Shown one piece after another: positions 12,210 through 22,205 of a stretch of 42,295 nucleotides of DNA; the first letter of the stretch is position 1; each line of letters begins with the position of its first letter. The position numbers were made by a program, and so were the translations under genes. The notes beneath the pieces are model-generated. The model was given only the letters and a program-made list of their open reading frames with translations. It made no database searches and was not told the DNA's origin. Source of the stretch: Nemertoderma westbladi (lineage: Eukaryota > Animalia > Xenacoelomorpha); assembly GCA_032718475.1 (NCBI GenBank), contig JAUCBJ010003871.1, forward strand, positions 1-42,295, in the 5' to 3' direction.

Positions 12210-13771
12210 ATAGTAACAGTATAGTAAAGAACCAGCGTAGTGCATTAGTAAGAGTATAACAAAGAACCTGCGCAGTGCGTATAGTAACAGTATAGTAAAG
12301 AACCTGCGTAGTGCGTATAGTAACAGTATAGTAAAGAACCTGCGTAGTGCGTATAGTAACAGTATAGTAAAGAACCAGCGTAGTGCATTAGTAAGAGTAT
12401 AACAAAGAACCTGCGCAGTGCGTATAGTAACAGTATAGTAAAGAACCTGCGTATAGTAACAGTATAGTAAAGAACCTGCGTAGTGCGTATAGTAACAGTA
12501 TAGTAAAGAACCTGCGTAGTGCGTATAGTAACAGTATAGTAAAGAACCTGCGTATAGTAACAGTATAGTAAAGAACCTGCGTAGTGCGTATAGTAACAGT
12601 ATAGTAAAGAACCTGCGTATAGTAACAGTATAGTAAAGAACCAGCGTAGTGCATTAGTAAGAGTATAACAAAGAACCTGCGCAGTGCGTATAGTAACAGT
12701 ATAGTAAAGAACCTGCGTATAGTAACAGTATAGTAAAGAACCTGCGTAGTGCGTATAGTAACAGTATAGTAAAGAACCTGCGTATAGTAACAGTATAGTA
12801 AAGAACCTGCGTAGTGCGTATAGTAACAGTATAGTAAAGAACCTGCGTAGTGCGTATAGTAACAGTATAGTAAAGAACCTGCGTAGTGCGTATAGTAACA
12901 GTATAGTAAAGAACCTGCGTATAGTAACAGTATAGTAAAGAACCTGCGTAGTGCGTATAGTAACAGTATAGTAAAGAACCTGCGTATAGTAACAGTATAG
13001 TAAAGAACCAGCGTAGTGCATTAGTAAGAGTATAACAAAGAACCTGCGCAGTGCGTATAGTAACAGTATAGTAAAGAACCTGCGTATAGTAACAGTATAG
13101 TAAAGAACCTGCGTAGTGCGTATAGTAACAGTATAGTAAAGAACCTGCGTATAGTAACAGTATAGTAAAGAACCTGCGTAGTGCGTATAGTAACAGTATA
13201 GTAAAGAACCTGCGTAGTGCGTATAGTAACAGTATAGTAAGGAACCTGCGTATAGAAACAGTATAGTAAAGAACCTGCGTAGTGCGTATAGTAACAGTAT
13301 AGTAAAGAACCTGCGTAGTGCGTATAGTAACAGTATAGTAAAGAACCTGCGTAGTGCGTATAGTAACAGTATAGTAAAGAACCTGCGTAGTGCGTATAGT
13401 AACAGTATAGTAAAGAACCTGCGTAGTGCGTATAGTAACAGTATAGTAAAGAACCTGCGTAGTGCCTATAGTAACAGTATAGTAAAGAACCTGCGTATAG
13501 TAACAGTATAGTAAAGAACCTGCGTAGTGCGTATAGTAAAGAACCTGCGTAGTGCGTATAGAAACAGTATAGTAAAGAACCTGCGTAGTGCGTATAGTAA
13601 CAGTATAGTAAAGAACCTGCGTAGTGCCTATAGTAACAGTATAGTAAAGAACCTGCGTAGTGCGTATAGTAACAGTATAGTAAAGAACCTGCGTAGTGCG
13701 TATAGTAACAGTATAGTAAAGAACCTGCGTAGTGCGTATAGTAATAGTATAGTAAAGAACCTGCGTAGTGC
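12208..13771. repeat. 36-bp satellite, block 2 (with 29-, 35- and 25-bp variants)
   Basis: Same unit. The diagnostic variant CCAGCGTAGTGCATTAGTAAGAGTATAACAAAG occurs at ~12232, 12376, 12641 and 13008. Confidence 0.97.
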
Positions 13772-13877
13772 CTTTTTCTTGACAGTATCCCACACCCTGA
13801 CTAGTCAGGCTGTCAGGCCTATGACAGTACTGCAGTCTGTCAGTAGGAATAGAAATATTCACCGAAATTTTCGATCA

Positions 13878-16800
13878 ATGCGTTGCTGCAAGTGCAATCG
13901 TAGCGGAACATGTCAAAACTGCCTCTGTTCTAAAAGGGGCATTAGTTGCATCGACTGCCTCCCAGGTAAAATCACGGAGTGTCGCAACCCCCACGCCCAC
14001 GCCCGATCAGCGTCAATAGTGCGAGATTCTGCCTCGGGCAGTATCAACTTCCATCTCGAAGTGGAGCCCCAATTTGCAGCCTTTTCAACTGCCTACGCGG
14101 GGTCGCTCACAGATCCCCCGTTTCCAGCGGGTCCGCCATTGGATCCCTCGATCCCAGCGGGTCTGCAAACGGATCCCTCAACTACAGTGGAATCGATAAC
14201 GGATTCCCTGACTCCACCAGGTCTGCCAACAGATCCCCCGACTTCAGCAGGTCTGCCAACGGATCTACCGACATCAGCGGGTCTGCCAACGGATCCACCG
14301 ACTCCAGCCGGTCTGCCAACGGATCCCTCGACCACAGCGGGTTCGACAACGGATTCCCCGACTCCACAGGGTCTGCCAACGGATCACCCGATTTCAGCGG
14401 GTCTATCAATGGATTCACCGTCTTCTGCGGGTCTGCCAACGGATTCCTCGACTATAGCGGGTTCGATAACGGATCCCCGGACTCCACAGGGTCTGCCAAC
14501 GGTTCCCCCGACTCCAGCGGGTTCGCCAACTGATCCCCCGACTTCAGCGGGTCTGCCAACGGATCCCGCGACTCCAGCGGGTCTGCCAATGGATCCCCCA
14601 ACTTCAGCGGCTCTGCCAACGGATCCCCCGACTCCAGCGGGTCTGCCAACGGATCGCCAGACTTCAGCGGGTCTGCCAACGGATCCCCCGACTTCAGCGG
14701 GTCTGCCAAAGGATCCCTCGTTTCCAGTGGGTCTGCCAACGTATCCGCCGACTTCAGTGGGTCTGCCAATGGATCCCCCGACTTCCGCAGGCCTGCCAAC
14801 GGATCCCCCGACTCCGGTGGGTCTGCCAACGGATCCCCCGACCTCAACGGGTTCGCCAACGGATCCCCCGACTCCAGCGGGTCTGCCAACGGATCCCCTG
14901 ACTTCAGCGGGTCTGCCAACGGATCCCCTGACTTCAGCGGGTCTGCCAACGGATCCCCCGACTCCGGTGGGCCTGCCAACGGATCCCCCGACTTCAACGG
15001 GTTTGCCAACGGATCCCCCGACTCCAGCGGGTCTGCCAACGAATCCCCCGACTCCAGCGGGTCTGCCAACGGATCCCCCGACTCCGGTGTGTCTGCCAAC
15101 GGATCCCCCGACCTCAACGGGTTCGCCAACGGATCCCCCGACTCCTGCGGGTCTGCCAACGGATTCCCTGACTCCAGTGGATCTGCCAACGTATCCCCCG
15201 ACTTCAGTGGGTCTGCCAATGGATCCCCCGACTTCAGCGGGTCTGCCAACGGATCCCCCGACTCCGGTGGGCCTGCCAACGGATCCACCGACTTCAACGG
15301 GTTCGCCAACGGATCCCCCGACTCCTGCGGGTCTGCCAACGGATTCCCTGACTCCAGTGGGTCTGCCAACGTATCCCCCGACTTCAGTGGGTCTGCCAAT
15401 GGATCCCCCGACTTCAGCGGGTCTGCCAACGGATCCCCCGACTCTGGTGGGCCTGCCAACGGATCCCCCGACTTCAACGGGTTCGCCAACGGATCCCCCG
15501 ACTCCAGCGGGTCTGCCAACGGATCCCCCGACTCCAGCGGGTCTGCCAACGGATCCCCCGACTCCAGCGGGTCTGCCAACGGATCCCCCAACGTCAACGG
15601 GTCTGCCAACGGATCCCCCGACTCCAGCGGGTCTGCCAACGGATCCCCCAACTCCTACGGGTCTGCCAACGGATCCCCCGACTTCAGCGGGTCTGCCAAC
15701 GGATTCCCCAACTTCAGCGGGTCTGCTAACGGATCCCCCAACTCGTACGGGTTCCAAATTCAATGAGTTTTTATCTGTACCCACTGAGTCTCGGATGCGT
15801 TTGGGGTCACGGATAACAGACTACTTTAAGGCGGGGGTTAGGGTTAACCATAACCATACCATTCCCATAATCCTCGAAACGCCAGGGAAATGTACCCCCA
15901 CCATTTGCGAATGCAACACACTAGCATCCATGAACAAATCAGTGGAAGAGGTCGATGACCTCCACAATGATGCAAGTAGTGACTGTTACGAAGTTTACCC
16001 AGACGACTCTCAAACATATACACCCACTGAATTAAAAACTAATGTAGGACAATTTATTGCCGACATGAACTCTAAGCCACCTAACTACCCGGTGCCCATA
16101 CATAGTCATTTACATGAACTTACTAGTACAGAATATTTGAGCGATGACGTCATAGACTGCTTTTTAGGTTTAGTATCAAAGCAATTTCCGCATGTTGCCA
16201 CAGTTCTTACTCACGTAACATATAATTTGCGACGTGCTAACCATGACATTACAAGTCAGGTAAAATATGTCGCAAAACGTTACCTGGCTCCCCATGCCAA
16301 GAAACGTCCTGAGACATTATTCTTTCCTGAATGTATTGACGAACATTTTGTTTTACATGTAGCAAACTGTAAGTCCTCAACCATCTGCACAGTTAATCCA
16401 TTGGGCGATACGATGCCAACTAAAACAACGTTTGCAATCGCTGACCTACTAAATTTAATAGACTCAGTTGCTAATCCCTCAAGAAGCAAATGGTTGGTTA
16501 ATATTTGCAATTTTAACTATCCAAAACAGGAAAATAATTTTGATTGTGGTGTTTATATATGCCTGTACGCTCTTGCGATCACTCACGCGCTGCCAACAAT
16601 CTCATCTATTCACTCAGAGAGTGAGGACGCACGACTCTGGCTATATAACTGTCTTGATAAGTACAAGTTAGTCCATCACGATCAAGTGACTTATGATCCA
16701 TCATACTCACCCTGGGATATTGCAGCACCCAATACTGATTTTAATGTGGGAATCGAAAAAGACACAGATATAATATCTGACCGTTATGGCAAGGTTGAAA

Positions 16801-18794
16801 CTCTGCATGGGGACAATCTAATAAATTTTTTAAGTCAGAAGACAGACCCACATGACTTTGTGAAGGCGTTGCGGTCTAGCAAGATGTTACAGAATCCCAA
16901 GGATGACCTAATATCCACACTTAAACAATTGGGGTTTGATATACTCTCCAAACTTCAGAAGAAACTATTTAAGGCAATACTTGAAACAATTATTGGAGAC
17001 AATAAAAGCATTAAATGTACCTGTATTAATAGAAAATCAATAGATGAGGTTGCCGCGGATGTTGCTGAGTTTGCAATAGTTCTTGAGGAGAAAGCATTAA
17101 CGTCTGTCTTCAAAAAAAGAATTAACATCAGTAGCACTGAAGCGTTTGGTCTATTTGAACTAATTAATCTAGTTTCCACTCTTCAGGTAGAAATGAAATC
17201 GATGGCAACACAATGCAGCTCTTATACATCTAGGATCAAAAGTTTAGAAGAACAGGTCAAACAGTTGAAAATCAGTGATGTGAATAATCCAAAGCGTGAA
17301 AACGTGATAGATAACCAAAATAAAGCGAACACTATGAAACCAAAAAAGACAAATAAGCTTAGCAATGTTGGTCAAGAATTCGTTAATAACCAAGAGCAAA
17401 ATACAGCAAATACTTCATCAGAAACATCAAATCCATTTAATATCGGAAGAGCAGCTAAACAACAAAAGAAAAAAAATAAGGAAAAGTGTAATGTATCCAA
17501 AAAATACCACAAGCAACAGGGTCTAACATCAGACTCATGTGATGAGATATGTTTGAGTGATAGTCAATGTAGTTCCGATGCAGAACTAAATAATCAATCT
17601 GTTATGGACAATGCATCGGTGAAAAACCCTCAAAATCTTAAGGATGTTCTACTATGCAAAGAGGTCTGGAAGGAAGCAAGCGAAAAGAAATGCAATAAGA
17701 AACAACGAGCGCAACCACTGGTACCACCAACGGAAACTCAAAACAGTTTTGATGCCCTTGACGATATGAAAATGGTGGGAAAACTTATCAAAGACCAAAC
17801 CAGCATGATACAGAGCTTGTTACAGTCTAATAACTCTAAGAACAATAACAATAAAGATAACAACAATGCTGGTAATAGGAATAAAACTGTTGCAACAGGT
17901 AAATCAGGTATGAATGATAAACTGGTTACAATACATGTAAATGGTCTACAGCCTGATAGTTCGAGTATATCGATATCACAATTCTGCTTCAAACAAACAG
18001 GCCACAGACCTGTAAATGTCTGGGTCACAGGGTACAGGGGTAGAACAAAGGCAGCGAAAATAACCATTGAGTCTAGCCATAAGGACATCTTCACCCAAGA
18101 TAATATTTGGCCAGATGGGTCACACATAACAAGGGTGGAAGACAGCAGTACGAGTACTGGCTACCATCCAAACTATAAAAATCGGAGCAGAGATCATTAT
18201 AATAATCCACCACCACAACCCAGGGAAGATAGTATATATAGGGACTGGGACACATACAACCAAAGGGCAAATACCAATGATACCAATGATGTCATGACGC
18301 CATACGATGTGGCACAATATAGTATCGGTCTCAACAACACAAGATATTTTAATACTGGTTATAGGCAAGACAGGTCAAATAGAAAGCCATTGGTCAATCC
18401 CGGTTCAGCCACCAAGATAAAGGGTGCATCGGGGCAGAGTTATATCGACCACCCTCGAAATACAAGAGTAATCCCAGGAATTGGCTGTCAATATCATAAA
18501 TCATCACTCAATCCCGCTTTGGCTCAAGCTGGTTTGGCTATGGAGAGAAACAGAGCTCCGGGACATAAGTATACCAATTATACTCAGAACACAGGAGTAA
18601 TACCAGATTTCAGAGATCAACATCAGTATGATTTTCCATACCCGAAGTGCACCCACGATGTTAGTGGAAATTGGTCTTCTCCAATATACTACTCACAGCA
18701 CTCTGGTCAAAGTCAGAATATAGGAGACAGGGACTTCAGATCATATAAAAGAAGTCCCTACCCCATCCATCCACAAAGACAGCAGCGCTTTTAA
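13878..18794 (+). CDS. LINE ORF1p (~1640 aa): CXC-like Cys motif, Pro/Thr repeats, Ulp1/SENP-like protease, coiled coil, RRM-like domain
   Basis: ATG at 13878, with an alternative in-frame ATG at 13821. Domains in order: CCKCNRSGTCQNCLCSKRGISCIDCLPGKITECRN; (PTDPPTPAGL)n; YLSDDVID...HFVLHV...VNPL...PKQENNFDCGVY; heptad region ~17160-17270; IHVNGLQPD...AAKITI...IWPDGSHITR ~17919-18134. The ORF-track start at 13527 lies in satellite DNA and is not taken as the real start. Confidence 0.85.
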   Translation: MRCCKCNRSGTCQNCLCSKRGISCIDCLPGKITECRNPHAHARSASIVRDSASGSINFHLEVEPQFAAFSTAYAGSLTDPPFPAGPPLDPSIPAGLQTDPSTTVESITDSLTPPGLPTDPPTSAGLPTDLPTSAGLPTDPPTPAGLPTDPSTTAGSTTDSPTPQGLPTDHPISAGLSMDSPSSAGLPTDSSTIAGSITDPRTPQGLPTVPPTPAGSPTDPPTSAGLPTDPATPAGLPMDPPTSAALPTDPPTPAGLPTDRQTSAGLPTDPPTSAGLPKDPSFPVGLPTYPPTSVGLPMDPPTSAGLPTDPPTPVGLPTDPPTSTGSPTDPPTPAGLPTDPLTSAGLPTDPLTSAGLPTDPPTPVGLPTDPPTSTGLPTDPPTPAGLPTNPPTPAGLPTDPPTPVCLPTDPPTSTGSPTDPPTPAGLPTDSLTPVDLPTYPPTSVGLPMDPPTSAGLPTDPPTPVGLPTDPPTSTGSPTDPPTPAGLPTDSLTPVGLPTYPPTSVGLPMDPPTSAGLPTDPPTLVGLPTDPPTSTGSPTDPPTPAGLPTDPPTPAGLPTDPPTPAGLPTDPPTSTGLPTDPPTPAGLPTDPPTPTGLPTDPPTSAGLPTDSPTSAGLLTDPPTRTGSKFNEFLSVPTESRMRLGSRITDYFKAGVRVNHNHTIPIILETPGKCTPTICECNTLASMNKSVEEVDDLHNDASSDCYEVYPDDSQTYTPTELKTNVGQFIADMNSKPPNYPVPIHSHLHELTSTEYLSDDVIDCFLGLVSKQFPHVATVLTHVTYNLRRANHDITSQVKYVAKRYLAPHAKKRPETLFFPECIDEHFVLHVANCKSSTICTVNPLGDTMPTKTTFAIADLLNLIDSVANPSRSKWLVNICNFNYPKQENNFDCGVYICLYALAITHALPTISSIHSESEDARLWLYNCLDKYKLVHHDQVTYDPSYSPWDIAAPNTDFNVGIEKDTDIISDRYGKVETLHGDNLINFLSQKTDPHDFVKALRSSKMLQNPKDDLISTLKQLGFDILSKLQKKLFKAILETIIGDNKSIKCTCINRKSIDEVAADVAEFAIVLEEKALTSVFKKRINISSTEAFGLFELINLVSTLQVEMKSMATQCSSYTSRIKSLEEQVKQLKISDVNNPKRENVIDNQNKANTMKPKKTNKLSNVGQEFVNNQEQNTANTSSETSNPFNIGRAAKQQKKKNKEKCNVSKKYHKQQGLTSDSCDEICLSDSQCSSDAELNNQSVMDNASVKNPQNLKDVLLCKEVWKEASEKKCNKKQRAQPLVPPTETQNSFDALDDMKMVGKLIKDQTSMIQSLLQSNNSKNNNNKDNNNAGNRNKTVATGKSGMNDKLVTIHVNGLQPDSSSISISQFCFKQTGHRPVNVWVTGYRGRTKAAKITIESSHKDIFTQDNIWPDGSHITRVEDSSTSTGYHPNYKNRSRDHYNNPPPQPREDSIYRDWDTYNQRANTNDTNDVMTPYDVAQYSIGLNNTRYFNTGYRQDRSNRKPLVNPGSATKIKGASGQSYIDHPRNTRVIPGIGCQYHKSSLNPALAQAGLAMERNRAPGHKYTNYTQNTGVIPDFRDQHQYDFPYPKCTHDVSGNWSSPIYYSQHSGQSQNIGDRDFRSYKRSPYPIHPQRQQRF
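14099..15750 (+). repeat. Coding 30-bp GC-rich minisatellite within ORF1, ~55 copies
   Basis: Consensus GGGTCTGCCAACGGATCCCCCGACT(T/C)CAGC; a multi-unit block beginning TYPPTSVGLPMDPP is repeated three times. Confidence 0.95.
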
Positions 18795-18861
18795 ATCGTC
18801 AAATGCTTTAAACACACCACCTCCAGTTTTCAACAATGATGAAACCAACAGGAGAAACTGT

Positions 18862-21813
18862 ATGGGACTAAAACTGTTAACGTTAAATTGTGAAGGCTAC
18901 ATCAGGAATAAAAATTATGTGGTAGAGCTACTAGACAACATACAGCCTGATATAGTATGTCTCCAAGAGCATTGGCTTGGTCCAAGACAGGCTGAGGTCT
19001 GTCTAATGCGTAATAAAGTACACTTGGCATACTCCTGTGCAGCTCTGACAGTTTCAGATGGAATGCTCACACCCAAACCCCGGGTACGAGGAGAAGGGGG
19101 AACTGTGTTATTGGTTAAAAATGAACTAGTACCATTCTGCGCCTCACTGACAACAAACTCTGACAGAGTGTGTGGGATAACCATTAGATCACTATATGAT
19201 CAGAGCTTAGCAATAATTAACACTTATATGCCAGCCAATTGTAATAGAGAAAACGATACGCATGACTATTTGCGAGAGACCAACAACCTCAACGTCCTGA
19301 TCACCGAGTGTATTAATTCTAATCTAACACCCATTGTAATGGGTGATATAAATGGAACTATTCAACGTGATAACACCATACAACCTAGAGGAGCCTCGCA
19401 CTACTCTGCTTTTGGCAAGATGTTTTATGACAACATAATCGAGCCTAATGAATTCATTGCTGCAGATATGACAACAAAATCGTCTGGAATGCTGTTTACG
19501 TATTCAGCCAAGTATAATGGGGTTGACCACGCGAGATCTAGCTATATAGATCATATATTTATCCCTCAACAGTGGTTTGATTATCTAATAAAATCTACAG
19601 TTGGTGAACCTGATAATAATAATGTTTCGAAACATCTACCAGTGTATGCAGTTCTCCGACTAGTAAAGGCAGAGAACACCGTACCACTTAACTTCCGTAA
19701 GAAAAAACAAGATAACATTAGATGGAACTTCAAAAAGGCCACAACTGAAAATTTGGCAACCTACAAAGAAAACATAGAAAGTAATCTTACTAAACCAAAT
19801 TTAACCGAAACATCTGTTGATGGCAGAGCCAAGCATCTTATTAGAACCATATCGAATGCGGCACGTTCCTTTATTCCAATGTCGTATGTAAACTACCGGC
19901 CATACTCAAACAACGAATCATACGAGGACCATGTACAAGCTCTAGTAAACTCAAACCGAAATAACTCCAAATCTTTTTGGCGAAAAATAAAAACAAAAAA
20001 GCATCATGTTTTCACTGATAAGCAACTAATACAGGTTCATCAACGTGTGACTGATCAATTTAAATGTGATCAGTCCGATCAAGGTAGTAAAAAACGGGAG
20101 AATATTGTCATAGACCAGTCTGAAGCAGCCACGGTAAAACTTAAGGGGGAAACCGTTATAGACAAAATGATAGAGCAATCTGATGCAGATAATAGAGATG
20201 AATTAGGTACCGTGACCGTGAAACCAAAAGAAATCTCCCAACTAATTAACAAACTTAATCGCGGCAAATCAAATGACTTCTACCAACTCAATACAGAATG
20301 CCTAGTATACGGACGCTCACCAGGATTATGTAGCTACATTGCAGATCTTTTTACAGATATCCAAAACAGTGGCACCTGTCCTGAAATTTTCTCCGTTAGT
20401 ACCATCTCTCCCATTCCAAAAGGACAAAGAGTCGGTACAATCCCACGAGACGTTAATTTTCGATTCATTTCCATTGCTCTAAGCATAGCAAAACTCTGGG
20501 AACTGTCTCTGCTGGAAGAACTCTCTAAACTACCAACGAATAACTTGCAACTTGGTTATAAAGCGGGTTCAGGGTCTGACATCGCACACCAGGTTGTCAA
20601 CAGTATTATTAACAAATTTACTAAGAAAAGATCGCACATGTATGCAATGTGTGTGGATTTAACATCGGCGTTTGATACGGTCTGTCACAGTAAGTTATTT
20701 GCTAAACTAAGGAGGACTGACGTCCAACCTCGAGTTATTGATGCCCTGGAATCCTTTTATAAGAACTCAACTTCCCACATCGCTGCAAATGGGCACTTCA
20801 TCCACAAACCAATACAAATACAAAGAGGTGTGCGTCAAGGTGGCATCCTATCACCCATATTATTTAACTTCTATCTAACCGAACTCATACATGACTTGGA
20901 AACAAGTGGTTTGGGTGCACATATAGGACAGCAATCATTTTGTGTCGTCAATTATGCAGATGATATTATAATTTTGTCAACCCTGAAGACTGACTTAGCA
21001 AAACTTCTAAAAACCTCATCTGATTACTTCAAGAATCACTACTTAGAGCTTAACATTGTAAAATGTCATTACCTGTCAATCGATGTTAAAGGGAATCCAT
21101 CAATAGATGACACCATCATGCTAGAGGGAAATAAATTGCGCGCAGTGAAATCATGTAAATATATGGGTATACCAATTCCAGCTGGCTGTAAATCAATCTA
21201 CAACTTCAACAATAGCAAAATCTGGAGTAATATGTCTCAAATGGAGCGGTCAGGACTCACATTAACCGACGTCCCACTGAGTATAGTAACTCGTATATGG
21301 AAAGCCATCTGCATACCGAGTATAGCTTACGGCTCCTCAAGTCTCACCTCTGAAGGGATAAACAGCCTAGGCAAAGGTATGCGTAAGGCGATGCGCAAAG
21401 TGATACACTTAAATAACCGTGTCTCCAATAACGTACTATATTCATTGTTCGATATTAATATAGATGCGTGTCTGCGGCTACAGCAGTTCAATTTTATATT
21501 CAGATTGTTTAACACAGGCAATCCGAAACTAAACTGGTTGTTTGGAAATATTTTGTGTGACCACTGTACGGGAAACAGAGTTGCTATTTTCTCATCATAT
21601 CAGATATCATCGTTTTTGTACGACCTACCATCTTTGCTATCAATTTCAATATCTTCCTATTCCACCAAATTTTGTTCTAGAACTGTGTATAACGCTACAA
21701 AACAGTGTATGTCAAATAGAGACGTTTTTATATCTATTTATATACAAGCGCTATTAAATAATTTTTCCTATGATGCGTGCTATCGCCTGTCGGTTATTAA
21801 GGACTATTTATAA
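18862..21813 (+). CDS. LINE ORF2p: AP-like endonuclease plus reverse transcriptase (983 aa)
   Basis: Endonuclease motifs LTLNCEG, DIVCLQEHWL, GGTVLLV, NTYMP, MGDIN, SYIDHIF, SKHLPV. RT motifs ISPIPKG, NFRFISI, VDLTSAFDTVCH, GVRQGGILSPILFNFY, YADD, KYMG. Confidence 0.95.
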   Translation: MGLKLLTLNCEGYIRNKNYVVELLDNIQPDIVCLQEHWLGPRQAEVCLMRNKVHLAYSCAALTVSDGMLTPKPRVRGEGGTVLLVKNELVPFCASLTTNSDRVCGITIRSLYDQSLAIINTYMPANCNRENDTHDYLRETNNLNVLITECINSNLTPIVMGDINGTIQRDNTIQPRGASHYSAFGKMFYDNIIEPNEFIAADMTTKSSGMLFTYSAKYNGVDHARSSYIDHIFIPQQWFDYLIKSTVGEPDNNNVSKHLPVYAVLRLVKAENTVPLNFRKKKQDNIRWNFKKATTENLATYKENIESNLTKPNLTETSVDGRAKHLIRTISNAARSFIPMSYVNYRPYSNNESYEDHVQALVNSNRNNSKSFWRKIKTKKHHVFTDKQLIQVHQRVTDQFKCDQSDQGSKKRENIVIDQSEAATVKLKGETVIDKMIEQSDADNRDELGTVTVKPKEISQLINKLNRGKSNDFYQLNTECLVYGRSPGLCSYIADLFTDIQNSGTCPEIFSVSTISPIPKGQRVGTIPRDVNFRFISIALSIAKLWELSLLEELSKLPTNNLQLGYKAGSGSDIAHQVVNSIINKFTKKRSHMYAMCVDLTSAFDTVCHSKLFAKLRRTDVQPRVIDALESFYKNSTSHIAANGHFIHKPIQIQRGVRQGGILSPILFNFYLTELIHDLETSGLGAHIGQQSFCVVNYADDIIILSTLKTDLAKLLKTSSDYFKNHYLELNIVKCHYLSIDVKGNPSIDDTIMLEGNKLRAVKSCKYMGIPIPAGCKSIYNFNNSKIWSNMSQMERSGLTLTDVPLSIVTRIWKAICIPSIAYGSSSLTSEGINSLGKGMRKAMRKVIHLNNRVSNNVLYSLFDINIDACLRLQQFNFIFRLFNTGNPKLNWLFGNILCDHCTGNRVAIFSSYQISSFLYDLPSLLSISISSYSTKFCSRTVYNATKQCMSNRDVFISIYIQALLNNFSYDACYRLSVIKDYL

Positions 21814-21995
21814 CTATTTTACATATAATATAATATAACTTTATTTTAGTTAAATTATTTTTAATACCCATATTTTAAGGATATATTATCGGTTATTAAG
21901 GACTATTTAGAATACTATTTTACATATAATAATAACTAATTACTTACTCCTACAAAATATTTTTAATATACATTATTTTACGGAGATATAATATA
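21790..21995 (+). repeat. Degenerate ~99-bp tandem duplication at the ORF2 stop and 3' UTR
   Basis: TCGGTTATTAAGGACTATTTA...ACTATTTTACATATAATA starts at both 21790 and 21889. Confidence 0.75.
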
Positions 21996-22205
21996 TTTTT
22001 AATACATAATTATCTTTTTACTAAGGGGCAGTTCTTAACCCCAAATTTATGCTAAATAAATGAATATTATATATGAATATTATATATGGTTATTGATGGT
22101 TGTTATTCTGTATATTGTTATAGTTAATGTGAATTAATTATTTAAACATTGATTAAATAAGCACCGGGGCCATCCCGGATTTTCAAAAAAAAAAAAAAAA
22201 AAAAA

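Larger units (their letters stand above)
13772..22205 (+). mobile_element. Apparently full-length non-LTR retrotransposon (APE-RT LINE, RTEX/Proto2-like) inserted in the satellite
   Basis: Short 5' UTR, two uninterrupted ORFs, AT-rich 3' UTR and A21 tail (22185-22205). The satellite stops at ...GTAGTGCC(T) and resumes at (A)GTAACAG. The clade call rests on RT motifs (GVRQGGILSP, QLGYKAG) and the ORF1 layout and is tentative. Confidence 0.93.

Noticed and set aside
13527-13877. ORF1 starting inside the satellite (1755-aa call)
   Set aside because: The call starts at a GTG in host satellite outside the element; the open frame across the junction is plausibly chance.
13979-15784. Alternative-frame and antisense ORFs over the ORF1 repeat (GSANGSPD, GDPLADPL, VGGSVGRP)
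   Set aside because: They are shadows of a stop-poor 30-bp GC-rich repeat; only one frame links to the flanking domains.
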